64,000 nucleotides of DNA, from the sequence record OQ990039, one strand, 5' to 3'. The notes beneath the pieces were generated by a model, which saw only the letters and a program-made list of their open reading frames with translations, was not told where the DNA came from and searched no databases. How positions within the stretch are numbered: position 1 is the first letter of the stretch; every line of letters starts with the position of its first letter. The translations under genes and the position numbers were made by a program. Positions 7,700 to 15,998 of this stretch are shown here, in pieces. This DNA comes from Escherichia phage SUT_E420.

Positions 7700-7770
7700 A
7701 CCGACCGTAGGATTCGAACCTACATCTTCCACCAGTTACGGCTTGATAATACCAATTATACTAGGACGGC
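7700..7770 (-). ncRNA. tRNA-like element (T-arm and acceptor present, no anticodon stem)
   Basis: Perfect T-arm GTAGG-TTCGAAT-CCTAC, 3' acceptor GGTCGGT, D-loop GG, but no foldable anticodon stem and no encoded CCA; possibly the 3' module of a longer structured RNA. Confidence 0.3.
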
Positions 7771-7993
7771 AGTGTTACTACATAAGTGATTTCCACACCC
7801 CACTATTTATAAATCAGAGAAGAGTTTAGGGGAGAGGTTTCAGACGCCTCATTTTACACGTTCTAGCCACTAACCGGGATTGCCGCCCCCTGTGTACTAG
7901 TTTTACAACTAACCCACCGACTCTATTCAATGCGCTCCGGTTGGGATTCTGCACTCAGCGTAATCGGCTCGCTGTTCCCTAATTTATGAATAT

Positions 7994-8022
7994 ATTATAC
8001 AGAATTTATAAGCATTTAGCAA
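7994..8022 (-). promoter_or_regulatory. sigma70-type early promoter (minus): -35 TTGCTA, 17-bp spacer, -10 TATAAT
   Basis: Plus strand ATTATA-N17-TAGCAA; transcribes leftward into the 790-bp non-coding region 7197-7993. Confidence 0.7.
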
Positions 8023-8030
8023 ATGAATTT

Positions 8031-8465
8031 TTAGAAAAATTCACTAGCAATCAAAGCAGTTGTTTTACCGTCATAACGTCCGGGAAATTCTGCCTTAATA
8101 GTTTTCATTAATAGAGCTTTGGTAATACCTGGGTTTAATTTAACCAGTTCTGCAAAATACTCACGAATCTGAACCTCAGTCAGTTGACTTGGCTGATACT
8201 CTTGCAGCATGGAATAAAGCAGTTGCTCATAGTCTACATCAGTAGGAACTTCCATACCAACTTTAATAGCGCGTTGTTTTGCATTTTCTAGAGCCTTAAT
8301 CTGAGCTTTCAGATAGGCTACGAACTCGGTTCGAGTAACAATGTCTTTATCAATACGTTGCAGATCACCAATCATGGTCTGAAGATTAAGTGCCCGTTCC
8401 TTATCACCGTGAGTACGTGCTAGACTAAGTAGTCCACGAAGGGTCATTAGAATATTTTCACCCAT
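8031..8465 (-). CDS. hypothetical protein (144 aa)
   Basis: ORF in track; start overlaps the stop of the upstream small ORF (TAATG); no motif. Confidence 0.45.
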   Translation of the reverse strand: MGENILMTLRGLLSLARTHGDKERALNLQTMIGDLQRIDKDIVTRTEFVAYLKAQIKALENAKQRAIKVGMEVPTDVDYEQLLYSMLQEYQPSQLTEVQIREYFAELVKLNPGITKALLMKTIKAEFPGRYDGKTTALIASEFF

Positions 8466-8635
8466 TATTTCATCCCCAATGCTTGGTTAAAAGATTGTTC
8501 TGTCATAACTGCTGAGACTTTGGCGAAATCAAACTTTTTAGGGTTCGTAGTTATTTCAGCAACGTTAGAAGTTTTAACAGTTTTCGTAGTACGAATACCG
8601 CGAGTGTTAACACCAATAATTACAACTGATTTCAT
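8465..8635 (-). CDS. small hypothetical protein (56 aa), below the track threshold
   Basis: ATG at 8635 preceded by GAGAGGAAG; stop overlaps the next start (TAATG), implying translational coupling. Confidence 0.35.
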   Translation of the reverse strand: MKSVVIIGVNTRGIRTTKTVKTSNVAEITTNPKKFDFAKVSAVMTEQSFNQALGMK

Positions 8636-8667
8636 ATTTCGCTTCCTCTCATTAATTTATGAAAGTA

Positions 8668-8696
8668 TTATACAGAAATTTAAGTAGCTAAGCAAG
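8668..8696 (-). promoter_or_regulatory. sigma70-type early promoter (minus): -35 TTGCTT, 17-bp spacer, -10 TATAAT
   Basis: Plus strand ATTATA-N17-AAGCAA. Confidence 0.7.
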
Positions 8697-8703
8697 TAAA
8701 TTT

Positions 8704-9171
8704 TTAAGTTTTAGTGACAACAGGTTTATAGAATGTATGTCCCTTAATCTTAGTTGTTTTCTTAAACTTCTTTGTCCAGTAAGGTTTATCTTTACCACTA
8801 TGGAAGTATAGTGCTCCATATGTAGGATCTTGTGGTAAATCAACGTAGTATATCACTCTAGCTAAATTCTTAGCGGTTTGCCAAGCCTCATCAGTTTTAT
8901 CAACTTTTGGTCTCTTAGATACCCAAGAGAACTGGTTAGACTGATATACTACTTTACAGTAGGAATCTGGGAATTTACCGGAGTTTACACGGTTTTTAGT
9001 AACATGTGCAATCGCCGTCATTCCCTTTATGCCCTCACCACGACTTTCGAAATAGATATTTTTAGCAATGCAATCTATTTCTTTTGCATCGTGCGATGCC
9101 TGACTACTAAAGCTGAAGGTAAGGGCAGCTACTAAAAGCAAAGCTGCCTTCATTCTTTTTACTCCTGCCAA
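8704..9171 (-). CDS. secreted cell-wall hydrolase, SleB/CwlJ (Hydrolase_2)-like (155 aa)
   Basis: Signal peptide (MKAALLLVAALTFSFSSQA) then NIYFESRGEGIKGMTAIAHVTKNRV...FPDSYCKVVYQSNQFSW, matching the Hydrolase_2 core. Confidence 0.55.
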   Translation of the reverse strand: MAGVKRMKAALLLVAALTFSFSSQASHDAKEIDCIAKNIYFESRGEGIKGMTAIAHVTKNRVNSGKFPDSYCKVVYQSNQFSWVSKRPKVDKTDEAWQTAKNLARVIYYVDLPQDPTYGALYFHSGKDKPYWTKKFKKTTKIKGHTFYKPVVTKT

Positions 9172-9476
9172 TCATATTCAACACGATTGGGATTTTCTTT
9201 ATACCCTAAGTCAAGCAAATCATTACGCATATTTTGCTTAGCTACTGGGTTCGAGGTTACTAGTACCACTTTCTTTGGTCTCTGCCCAAATTCTAAGAGT
9301 AAACGAAGAATTTGATAACCTTCCATACCATCTACAGCCAAGTCATTATCCATATAAACGAAATGGCCGGTGGTATCAGTTTTATTCAGAAACTCTACAG
9401 CGGCTTCTGGGGTTCGAATGATAATGTCCATTCCGTGAAGATTACGCACATCATCAATCAAAATATGAAAAGTCAT
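9159..9476 (-). CDS. receiver (REC)-like domain protein (105 aa)
   Basis: N-terminal ILIDDVR, central YMDNDL and VVLVTSNP resemble a receiver fold; weak assignment. Confidence 0.3.
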   Translation of the reverse strand: MTFHILIDDVRNLHGMDIIIRTPEAAVEFLNKTDTTGHFVYMDNDLAVDGMEGYQILRLLLEFGQRPKKVVLVTSNPVAKQNMRNDLLDLGYKENPNRVEYDWQE

Positions 9477-9506
9477 AATAGCCTCGTTTCATCAATTTAA
9501 AAATAT

Positions 9507-9535
9507 ATTATACAGATAACTTAGTAACTTAGTAA
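9507..9535 (-). promoter_or_regulatory. sigma70-type early promoter (minus) with degenerate -35 (TTACTA) next to an 8-bp tandem duplication
   Basis: Plus strand ATTATA-N17-TAGTAA; CTTAGTAA is duplicated in tandem so the family-consensus TAGCAA lies 25 bp from the -10. Confidence 0.5.
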
Positions 9536-9926
9536 ATTAGCAAATACATTTTTAAATTGTGAAACTAGTAAACCGATAAACAGCCTAGAGGCGCCACAGG
9601 CCATATCTTATGAGCCATGTACCTTTGATCTAGGGTTTGAATCATCAACGAATACTTTGCATCTTTTAGCTTTAGAAGTTTAGAAGTTTGAGTTCTTTAA
9701 ACTTTTCAGCTTTCATACTTAAATGTTGATCTTTGAAGTTGTGTCGGTAATATCAACGACGCTTTGTTCTTACGTGTCAGCTTAAAAGGCTGGTGTAATA
9801 AACATAATCTCCAATAGATTATACTTTATAGTATGGTCAGCGGTCTTATTTAACCCCGTATTTCAACCGCTGCTGCGAGGTAAGATGCTTGGGCTTTCGT
9901 CTACCGATTTACTAGCTTTTAAATTA

Positions 9927-10565
9927 TTACTCTACTTCAATGAAGGTAGAGGCGTTAGACTCGGACAGAACAAAGTCAACATTTGTTGCAAAGTCCTGGT
10001 ATTCCTCGTCATGCTGCTTAATCAACTTCTCCAGTTCCAGCGGATCAATCAAGAATGGAGTATTCTTGAGTTCCAGCAGGTTGAGTTGCATTTTAACTTC
10101 ATCTTCGGAAGTTTTCTTATCACGGGTAGCCATGCTATCCTGCAAACGCTCATATTTAGCATCAAACTGTGCTTTCTGCGTATTAAACTTAACCGTAGCG
10201 GCATGGAACTGCTTACGCATGTTAGCCAGCAGTTGAGCTTTAAGCTCCATAGAACGCTTAGCTTCAATTGCTTCCGCAACAGTCATTTTACGAGAACCGA
10301 TCTCAACGATTGTTTCTGCATTGCTCTTAATCAGAGCAGATTTAATACGATCACGCTGAGACATCATATCCAGCAGAGACTGGAAATCAGTCTTAATACG
10401 AGTAGACAGATCAGCTACTTCGATTGCAGCGCCAACTACAACCTGGTTTTTATCCTTACCTTCACCAACAGCGATCAGAAGCTGCTGTTCAGTAGCTTTA
10501 CGGATTTTAGCTTCCAGAGATTTGATAGTTGCTAGAGCGCGAGTTTTAGAAATACGAGTAGTCAT
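9927..10565 (-). CDS. hypothetical protein (212 aa)
   Basis: ORF with ribosome-binding site; predicted helical; no motif. Confidence 0.45.
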   Translation of the reverse strand: MTTRISKTRALATIKSLEAKIRKATEQQLLIAVGEGKDKNQVVVGAAIEVADLSTRIKTDFQSLLDMMSQRDRIKSALIKSNAETIVEIGSRKMTVAEAIEAKRSMELKAQLLANMRKQFHAATVKFNTQKAQFDAKYERLQDSMATRDKKTSEDEVKMQLNLLELKNTPFLIDPLELEKLIKQHDEEYQDFATNVDFVLSESNASTFIEVE

Positions 10566-10618
10566 TATTTGTTTCCTTATATGAGGTTTGAGATTTGAAT
10601 TTGTTTAAAGTTGGTCTA

Positions 10619-10801
10619 TTACAGACCAATTGCCAGCAGAGTGCGCAGAACAGTATCGTTACTGTTATCAATTTTAGGATTAGCACGATTTAGCAGATCA
10701 AAGATTTTCTGGACACCTGATTGACGTTCAGCCATACGACGGATACCCAGATTACGAGTAGCTTTCTTACCATTTTTACGAACATTTTTAGATACTGGCA
10801 T
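10619..10801 (-). CDS. small basic protein (60 aa)
   Basis: Lys/Arg-rich N-terminus; own promoter 10842-10870. Confidence 0.35.
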   Translation of the reverse strand: MPVSKNVRKNGKKATRNLGIRRMAERQSGVQKIFDLLNRANPKIDNSNDTVLRTLLAIGL

Positions 10802-10841
10802 ATTTGTTTTCCTTTTATTGTTTTCTCAAATTTATGAATAT

Positions 10842-10870
10842 ATTATACAGAATTTTGGAGCCGGAAGCAA
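10842..10870 (-). promoter_or_regulatory. sigma70-type early promoter (minus): -35 TTGCTT, 17-bp spacer, -10 TATAAT
   Basis: Plus strand ATTATA-N17-AAGCAA. Confidence 0.7.
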
Positions 10871-10871
10871 A

Positions 10872-11573
10872 TCAAATTTTCATTTTTTCGATCATAGCTG
10901 CAACACAATAGCTTTCAACTAAGGCATCAAATGCAGGATCATGCTTAACCGGATAGATCCCATAACGAATGGTGTCCATCTTCTCCATTTTAGCTTTTGC
11001 CCAGCTAATACCTTCAGCCTCTAGATCTTTGTAACTATAATCAGCTTGCATCCAGAGATTACGAAGAGATCGAACATTGCCCAAATTCCAGAATTTCCAC
11101 GGAACTACCTCTTCATTGGTTCCAGCATGGAATGTGTTTGCAGAGTAGATAGTCATATCAAACTCTGGGCCATTACCATAATACAAAGCATTTTCGCCTA
11201 GAGCCAACTCCATAATATTTTGAGCCATAGAGAAGGCAGCATAGTTTGAGCCAAATTTATTAGTGCAATGATGTTTACCATTTTGGAAGGCAATCAGTTT
11301 TGGATTACGTTCCTTCATAGCTTCCATAATGTGAATAGCAGACGGGCTATTTTTAGCTTGATCCATCCAGAATGCTAGAGTAGATGCTGTAACTTTAGCA
11401 CCAGAATTAAGCTGATCTTGTACATCCAAAGTAACAAATACTAGATCAGGGTCTTTATCAATTCCATGCATAGCCACAAAAGCGAAAGAAGGCATTGCGA
11501 TATGAGTAGTACCACAATCTCCTGGAGTTCCCAGAGATTCAATATCTAGCATACCAAATGGTTTTACTTTCAT
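10872..11573 (-). CDS. DEDDh-type 3'-5' exonuclease-like protein (233 aa)
   Basis: Exo I-like LDIESLG, Exo III-like HDPAFDALV (His-x4-Asp), central acidic residues. Confidence 0.5.
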   Translation of the reverse strand: MKVKPFGMLDIESLGTPGDCGTTHIAMPSFAFVAMHGIDKDPDLVFVTLDVQDQLNSGAKVTASTLAFWMDQAKNSPSAIHIMEAMKERNPKLIAFQNGKHHCTNKFGSNYAAFSMAQNIMELALGENALYYGNGPEFDMTIYSANTFHAGTNEEVVPWKFWNLGNVRSLRNLWMQADYSYKDLEAEGISWAKAKMEKMDTIRYGIYPVKHDPAFDALVESYCVAAMIEKMKI

Positions 11574-11601
11574 AAGTTATCCTTTATTGTGTAGAAAACT
11601 A

Positions 11602-11838
11602 TTAAAGAGCTGTCTCTTTAATAGACTCCCACTTCTTGGGGTCTTTAAAACCAGGGAGCATATCCTCACTGACATCCCAGTTCTCTTCCATAGAGAAGTC
11701 GGGCCATTCATCCCAACTACCTTCCAACTCTTCATAACAGGTATCCATTACCTCATGACTAGAAAGTCGTGTATAATCCCTAGCTGACTTATGGGTGGTA
11801 GCACGGTTAAAATCATTCTTTGCCACAAAATTACGCAT
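11602..11838 (-). CDS. hypothetical acidic protein (78 aa)
   Basis: ORF in track; no motif. Confidence 0.4.
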   Translation of the reverse strand: MRNFVAKNDFNRATTHKSARDYTRLSSHEVMDTCYEELEGSWDEWPDFSMEENWDVSEDMLPGFKDPKKWESIKETAL

Positions 11839-11855
11839 AGTTTCTCCAAATAAGA

Positions 11856-11869
11856 GGGGCTTTCGCCCC
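11856..11869 (-). terminator. GC tetraloop hairpin (GGGGC-TTTC-GCCCC), putative attenuator
   Basis: Perfect 5-bp GC stem between genes 11880-12095 and 11602-11838; one of a family of similar hairpins. Confidence 0.35.
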
Positions 11870-11879
11870 CTGATTTAAA

Positions 11880-12095
11880 TCACTTGCCCAGCAGTTTAAG
11901 GATATTTTCCATAATAGTTTGGGCAGATTTTTCACTCTTGTTGGTTTCAGCCAACTTTAAAGCGAGTTCTTCCTGCTGTTTCTGAATATCAGCTGCGATT
12001 TTTTGATCAGCCTCAATACGAGCTTGAAGCTCATCAGTGATAGTGGTAAAGGAAGCAACGATTTCAGTAACAGAACGTGGTTTCTTAGAGAACAT
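11880..12095 (-). CDS. hypothetical coiled-coil protein (71 aa)
   Basis: ORF in track; no motif. Confidence 0.4.
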   Translation of the reverse strand: MFSKKPRSVTEIVASFTTITDELQARIEADQKIAADIQKQQEELALKLAETNKSEKSAQTIMENILKLLGK

Positions 12096-12159
12096 AAAAA
12101 ATATCCTTGATTAGTTAGAGAATTAGTGGATTGTAGGGGCTTCTGCCCCTATTTATCTA

Positions 12160-12675
12160 TTACTTCGCTTTACGCTTGCGAGCTGGTTTAGCAGATTTAC
12201 GAGCAGAATCACCAGTGAACTTAATGCCTACACCGTAACACAGAGCGCGAACATTATCTTTACTATACTCTACGCCAAAGATATTTGGCTTAACAGAACC
12301 AAACTGTCCACGAGTATCGCGCAATACATCTGCTGTTGGTTTACGCTTCTGGTTAACTGCCTTCTCGTAGTCTTTCATAGACATACCATTACGAGAGAAC
12401 AATTCAGCCCCAGCGTTGAAACTCAAAGATACTGGGACAGATTTGTGGCCGTAATTTTCTACATACATAACCATTTTGTAGGATTTACGGGTGGCATTTT
12501 TAGCTTTAGGCTTCTTACGAATCGGAGCCGGATTATTCAATGCTTGCGCAGCCTGAGCATCGGTAGGATGCTTACGCAGGTGACGTTCCAGACGAGCTTT
12601 GCGATTAGCCTCGGTCTGCGGGAAAGTTTTAACTGCCGGGGCTGCTTGAGTTTTTGCGTTTTTCTGCTTAGCCAT
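12160..12675 (-). CDS. basic protein, possible nucleic-acid binding (171 aa)
   Basis: Lys/Arg-rich termini (KPARKRKAK); own promoter 12714-12742. Confidence 0.45.
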   Translation of the reverse strand: MAKQKNAKTQAAPAVKTFPQTEANRKARLERHLRKHPTDAQAAQALNNPAPIRKKPKAKNATRKSYKMVMYVENYGHKSVPVSLSFNAGAELFSRNGMSMKDYEKAVNQKRKPTADVLRDTRGQFGSVKPNIFGVEYSKDNVRALCYGVGIKFTGDSARKSAKPARKRKAK

Positions 12676-12713
12676 TATTTGTTTTCCTTTTTGTTTATCA
12701 ATTTATGAAGTAT

Positions 12714-12742
12714 ATTATACGAGAATTTGAAGCGTTTAGCAA
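12714..12742 (-). promoter_or_regulatory. sigma70-type early promoter (minus): -35 TTGCTA, 17-bp spacer, -10 TATAAT
   Basis: Plus strand ATTATA-N17-TAGCAA. Confidence 0.7.
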
Positions 12743-12750
12743 ATGAATTT

Positions 12751-13200
12751 TTAATTTATTAACTGTAAGCTTCTTTTAATTTCAGACCTTACTTGCATCA
12801 AAAGGACTCCTAAAGTATTATCCCCGATGCCTCGGCAAACACCCCAATATGTATCTCCCCAGGTATTTCCTTCGATCAAAGTTGCATTTTCTGTTGCTAA
12901 CAGTTTATCTCTTAAATCAGGAATTGCAAACTTTAATCGTAAAAGCTCTAGCATTACATCATCTTTTACTTTATCCCAGTCAGAGCGTAGGGTTAATTTA
13001 CGTCCTCTACGTTTAGCAACTCCTGCATTTAGGGAGCGGAGTACATGAGCTACATCATCTTTTTGGTCGGATTTCATAGCCTGAAAAGCATGTTCTACAG
13101 TATCAGCATGCCATATCTCATTTAGATATTCGAAAGTAATTGGTGATAAATAAAAGTTAGATAAGAAACTATAAGTACCTTTAAATTCAGTAATCTTCAT
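12751..13200 (-). CDS. NADAR-family (YbiA-like, DUF1768) protein (149 aa)
   Basis: FLSNFY...EHAFQAMK and LIEGNTWGDTYWGVCRGIGDNTLGVLLMQVR closely parallel the E. coli YbiA signature. Confidence 0.75.
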   Translation of the reverse strand: MKITEFKGTYSFLSNFYLSPITFEYLNEIWHADTVEHAFQAMKSDQKDDVAHVLRSLNAGVAKRRGRKLTLRSDWDKVKDDVMLELLRLKFAIPDLRDKLLATENATLIEGNTWGDTYWGVCRGIGDNTLGVLLMQVRSEIKRSLQLIN

Positions 13201-13481
13201 TTTTTACGCCCCGCATCTTTAGCCTCCTCGGCTGTATAGATATACTGATAAGCCCCTTTGGAGTAGGCTGGAGCAGTACACATTTTCTTACGCTCAATCT
13301 CTTCTTGAGCTTTTCTTTCGCGTTCCGCTAATTCTTCGTCCAAATAAACTAAACGTTGTTCTGGAGGAGGTGGAAGACGTGTTTCTGGCTCGCCAATATT
13401 AGCCTTTCTTATTTGACGAGGTGATTGTGCACGTTTTCTCAATGGTTTAAATCCTAATGAATTTGAGTTATAGATCCGCAT
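13197..13481 (-). CDS. hypothetical basic protein (94 aa)
   Basis: ORF overlapping the NADAR start by 4 nt; promoter 13509-13537 upstream. Confidence 0.4.
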   Translation of the reverse strand: MRIYNSNSLGFKPLRKRAQSPRQIRKANIGEPETRLPPPPEQRLVYLDEELAERERKAQEEIERKKMCTAPAYSKGAYQYIYTAEEAKDAGRKK

Positions 13482-13508
13482 AAAGCCCTCCTCACTTTCA
13501 ATACGAAT

Positions 13509-13537
13509 ATTATACTAAATTATAGGGCTTTAAGCAA
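13509..13537 (-). promoter_or_regulatory. sigma70-type early promoter (minus): -35 TTGCTT, 17-bp spacer, -10 TATAAT
   Basis: Plus strand ATTATA-N17-AAGCAA. Confidence 0.7.
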
Positions 13538-13558
13538 GAGAATTTTTTAATTTATTTA

Positions 13559-14047
13559 TCACATCTCAGCCATTTCAGCTTCAGTAATAACTGTATTACA
13601 TAAGGCGTCTACAGCCTCATTACCACTAATACCAGAATGTCCTTTAACCTTAATAAAGGTAGGGTTAGTATTATGAAAGTTGATATACTGCTGTGTTAAT
13701 TTAAATGCTTCCTGCCAAAGTTCTAGATTAAGAGGAACTTCACCATCTGCTTTCTTCCAGCCTTTCCTTTGCCAAGAAAACATCCAACTTTCCATGCCAT
13801 TTTTGCAATAAGCAGAGTCAGTATAGATAGCAATTGGTCTATTATCTTTTTTAACAGACCAACGTAGGGCTTCTACGATAGCTGTGAGTTCCATCTCATT
13901 ATTTGTAGTTTTAGGATTATAACCAGATTTAGAACCTAAACGATCGTCGTTATCATCATAGACAATAAAACCCCAAGCACCTGGACCTGGATTAGACTTA
14001 CAAGCACCATCTGTGTAAATGTGGAAAACCGACATTATACCTCCCAA
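13559..14047 (-). CDS. rnh: ribonuclease H (RNase HI family)
   Basis: N-terminal IYTDGACKSNPGPGAWGFIV matches the RNase HI active-site region; C-terminal KGHSG...NE..D motifs present. Confidence 0.8.
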   Translation of the reverse strand: MGGIMSVFHIYTDGACKSNPGPGAWGFIVYDDNDDRLGSKSGYNPKTTNNEMELTAIVEALRWSVKKDNRPIAIYTDSAYCKNGMESWMFSWQRKGWKKADGEVPLNLELWQEAFKLTQQYINFHNTNPTFIKVKGHSGISGNEAVDALCNTVITEAEMAEM

Positions 14048-14316
14048 CTAATTTTAAGACCCATGTCTACAAAGGCGGCTTCTCGGTAGTATTGAGAGAG
14101 ATGATACCCCTTATCCGATAAGGTTTTTAGTACCGATTTAGCGGCTCCTGGCATTTCTCTAGGATTATATAGCCACCTAGCGTAAGGATTATCTCGAATA
14201 ATTACTTCTGTATTTCCAGACTTAGCAGCTTCTACAATCTTTTCTTCTATAAACTTTAGAAAAGCGGGTACTTCTGTTAATCCTGCAAGTTCTTGGGCTT
14301 CTTTGGCTGAAATCAT
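14035..14316 (-). CDS. hypothetical protein (93 aa)
   Basis: ORF overlapping neighbours by a few codons. Confidence 0.4.
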   Translation of the reverse strand: MISAKEAQELAGLTEVPAFLKFIEEKIVEAAKSGNTEVIIRDNPYARWLYNPREMPGAAKSVLKTLSDKGYHLSQYYREAAFVDMGLKISWEV

Positions 14317-14516
14317 GGCTTTTCACCTTCTGCTACACTTCTGGTTTTTGGTGGGATGGGAGGGTTAGGTTTTATAGCCGCTAATTCCCTATCTAAGAAT
14401 TCCTCTATTGCTCTATCTACAAAGTAGTCATAGGGTAAATGATAATGTTCTGATAGAGTAAGAAGTTTGTGCTCTTGGCTTTCTGTTAAATAAACTTTCT
14501 TTCTAAAGAGTCCCAT
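14313..14516 (-). CDS. hypothetical protein (67 aa)
   Basis: ORF downstream of promoter 14543-14571. Confidence 0.4.
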   Translation of the reverse strand: MGLFRKKVYLTESQEHKLLTLSEHYHLPYDYFVDRAIEEFLDRELAAIKPNPPIPPKTRSVAEGEKP

Positions 14517-14542
14517 ATGTGTATCTCCAATCTATAAAATAT

Positions 14543-14571
14543 ATTATATTTAAATTTCACTAAATAAGCAA
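14543..14571 (-). promoter_or_regulatory. sigma70-type early promoter (minus): -35 TTGCTT, 17-bp spacer, -10 TATAAT
   Basis: Plus strand ATTATA-N17-AAGCAA. Confidence 0.7.
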
Positions 14572-14589
14572 ATGAAATTTAAATATAAT

Positions 14590-14603
14590 AGCCCCGAAGG
14601 GCT
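14590..14603 (-). terminator. GC hairpin terminator after thyA
   Basis: Stem AGCCC/GGGCT with loop CGAA, flanked by A/T runs, between thyA stop and the next promoter. Confidence 0.4.
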
Positions 14604-14610
14604 ATTTAAA

Positions 14611-15465
14611 TTACACAGTGAATGGATATGCAATAGCAGGATGGTGTTCGTAACCACGAACAGTAAAATCATCCTTATTTACCCAGGTCAATACATCCTC
14701 CAGAGTTCGGATATTTGGATTGATTTCTAGAGTAGGAGGTGCAAAGGGTTCACGATCAAATTGCTTATGCTCCATCAAAACATTATACTGATCCTCATAG
14801 ATATGAAGATTGATAATCTTCTGGCGTGCAATCCCTGGTTTAAGGCCTGTAATCTGTGCCATTAATGCTAGAAGCGTATAGCACTGAACCATGTTAAATA
14901 CTTGGCCTAACAGGAAGTCATTAGATCTCTGGAAAGAGTTCAGATATAATGTATCTCCCAAAATAGAGAACTGATGAGTATGCATACATGGACGTAAGCA
15001 ACCCTTTGAGAACTCCCCCGGATTCCAGAAGGTTAGAATTTCCCCACGATCATCAATGCCCTTTTTCAGATTATGATAAATCTTGGCTAGTTGGTCAAAC
15101 ATAAGACCATCGGAATTAGTCCACTGACGTCCTTGAACACCATAGACTCGTCCCATATCATCCTCACCTTTACGGTATGGATTGTCTAGCCAAGCTAAGT
15201 TTTCATTTGCATTAGCATTCCATGTGTTAACACCAATAGCGCGGAATTGTGCTGCTGAATCATACCCACGTAGATACCCAATCATTTCCATTATTGCTTG
15301 TTTTGCAAACGCCTTACGAGTAGTAATAAGTGGGAATTCACCTGCACCTACGTTAAAAGTAAAATCTGCATCAATAATGGTGAGGCAACGAACCCCTGTT
15401 CTGGGATTCGTTACCCACTGACCTTCTGATAGAATACGTTTTCCAACTTCTATATACTGATCCAT
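14611..15465 (-). CDS. thyA: thymidylate synthase
   Basis: 284 aa; active-site region [10 protein letters not shown] and overall ThyA-like sequence. Confidence 0.9.
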   Translation of the reverse strand: MDQYIEVGKRILSEGQWVTNPRTGVRCLTIIDADFTFNVGAGEFPLITTRKAFAKQAIMEMIGYLRGYDSAAQFRAIGVNTWNANANENLAWLDNPYRKGEDDMGRVYGVQGRQWTNSDGLMFDQLAKIYHNLKKGIDDRGEILTFWNPGEFSKGCLRPCMHTHQFSILGDTLYLNSFQRSNDFLLGQVFNMVQCYTLLALMAQITGLKPGIARQKIINLHIYEDQYNVLMEHKQFDREPFAPPTLEINPNIRTLEDVLTWVNKDDFTVRGYEHHPAIAYPFTV

Positions 15466-15998
15466 TAATAAGTAACCAATTCCTGTACAAATCGCAGGCT
15501 GTTATCACTGTTTGCGCCAGTTGCGTAAACTAAACGAGTAGATTCATAGTTGTAATCTAGAATCGTATTATCCAGATATACATCTGCCTCTAGTTTTTGA
15601 TTACTAAAGATTGTGGATACAAAAGCACTTTCAATATGACCATATTGATACATTTCTAGAAGAAGGTTAGCACCACCTAGAACTACTGTCTGCTGATCTT
15701 TCAGAAATGTAGGTAAAGCATCCCCAATCTTAGAAATTGGGGTGTAAATATCATGTGTAATATCATCTGGCAGTGGACGATCAGCACGAATAAATAGGTC
15801 AGAAGCTCCAATCATACGTTCTCTAACGGCGTATGGAAGAGCTAAATAAGTACCCGCACCAATGATGATGTTATCTGGATTCAACACGTCCAGTTGAGAA
15901 TAGAAAGCATCTAGTTCTTCTTTGAAGGAACCCCATGGAAGTTTACCGCGGAGGCCGAACTCCCCATTCGGCCCAACTGCATACATTGCTGTAATCAT
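15465..15998 (-). CDS. frd: dihydrofolate reductase
   Basis: 177 aa; N-terminal [22 protein letters not shown] is DHFR-like; overlaps thyA and nrdB by one codon each. Confidence 0.8.
   Translation of the reverse strand: MITAMYAVGPNGEFGLRGKLPWGSFKEELDAFYSQLDVLNPDNIIIGAGTYLALPYAVRERMIGASDLFIRADRPLPDDITHDIYTPISKIGDALPTFLKDQQTVVLGGANLLLEMYQYGHIESAFVSTIFSNQKLEADVYLDNTILDYNYESTRLVYATGANSDNSLRFVQELVTY

Noticed and set aside
7607-7789. Track ORF of 60 aa on the plus strand.
   Set aside because: Overlaps the tRNA-like element and sits in a promoter-driven non-coding region transcribed from the other strand; no ribosome-binding site.
7197-7993. Possible tmRNA ending at the tRNA-like module.
   Set aside because: No 5' acceptor partner for the 3' strand, no tag-peptide reading frame with resume codon, and no encoded CCA; left as an unclassified tRNA-like or ncRNA candidate.
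9885-10535. Plus-strand ORF of 216 aa (and smaller ones) opposite gene 9927-10565.
   Set aside because: Antisense to an ORF that has a ribosome-binding site and family promoter; Leu/Phe/Ser-rich composition typical of antisense frames in AT-rich genes.
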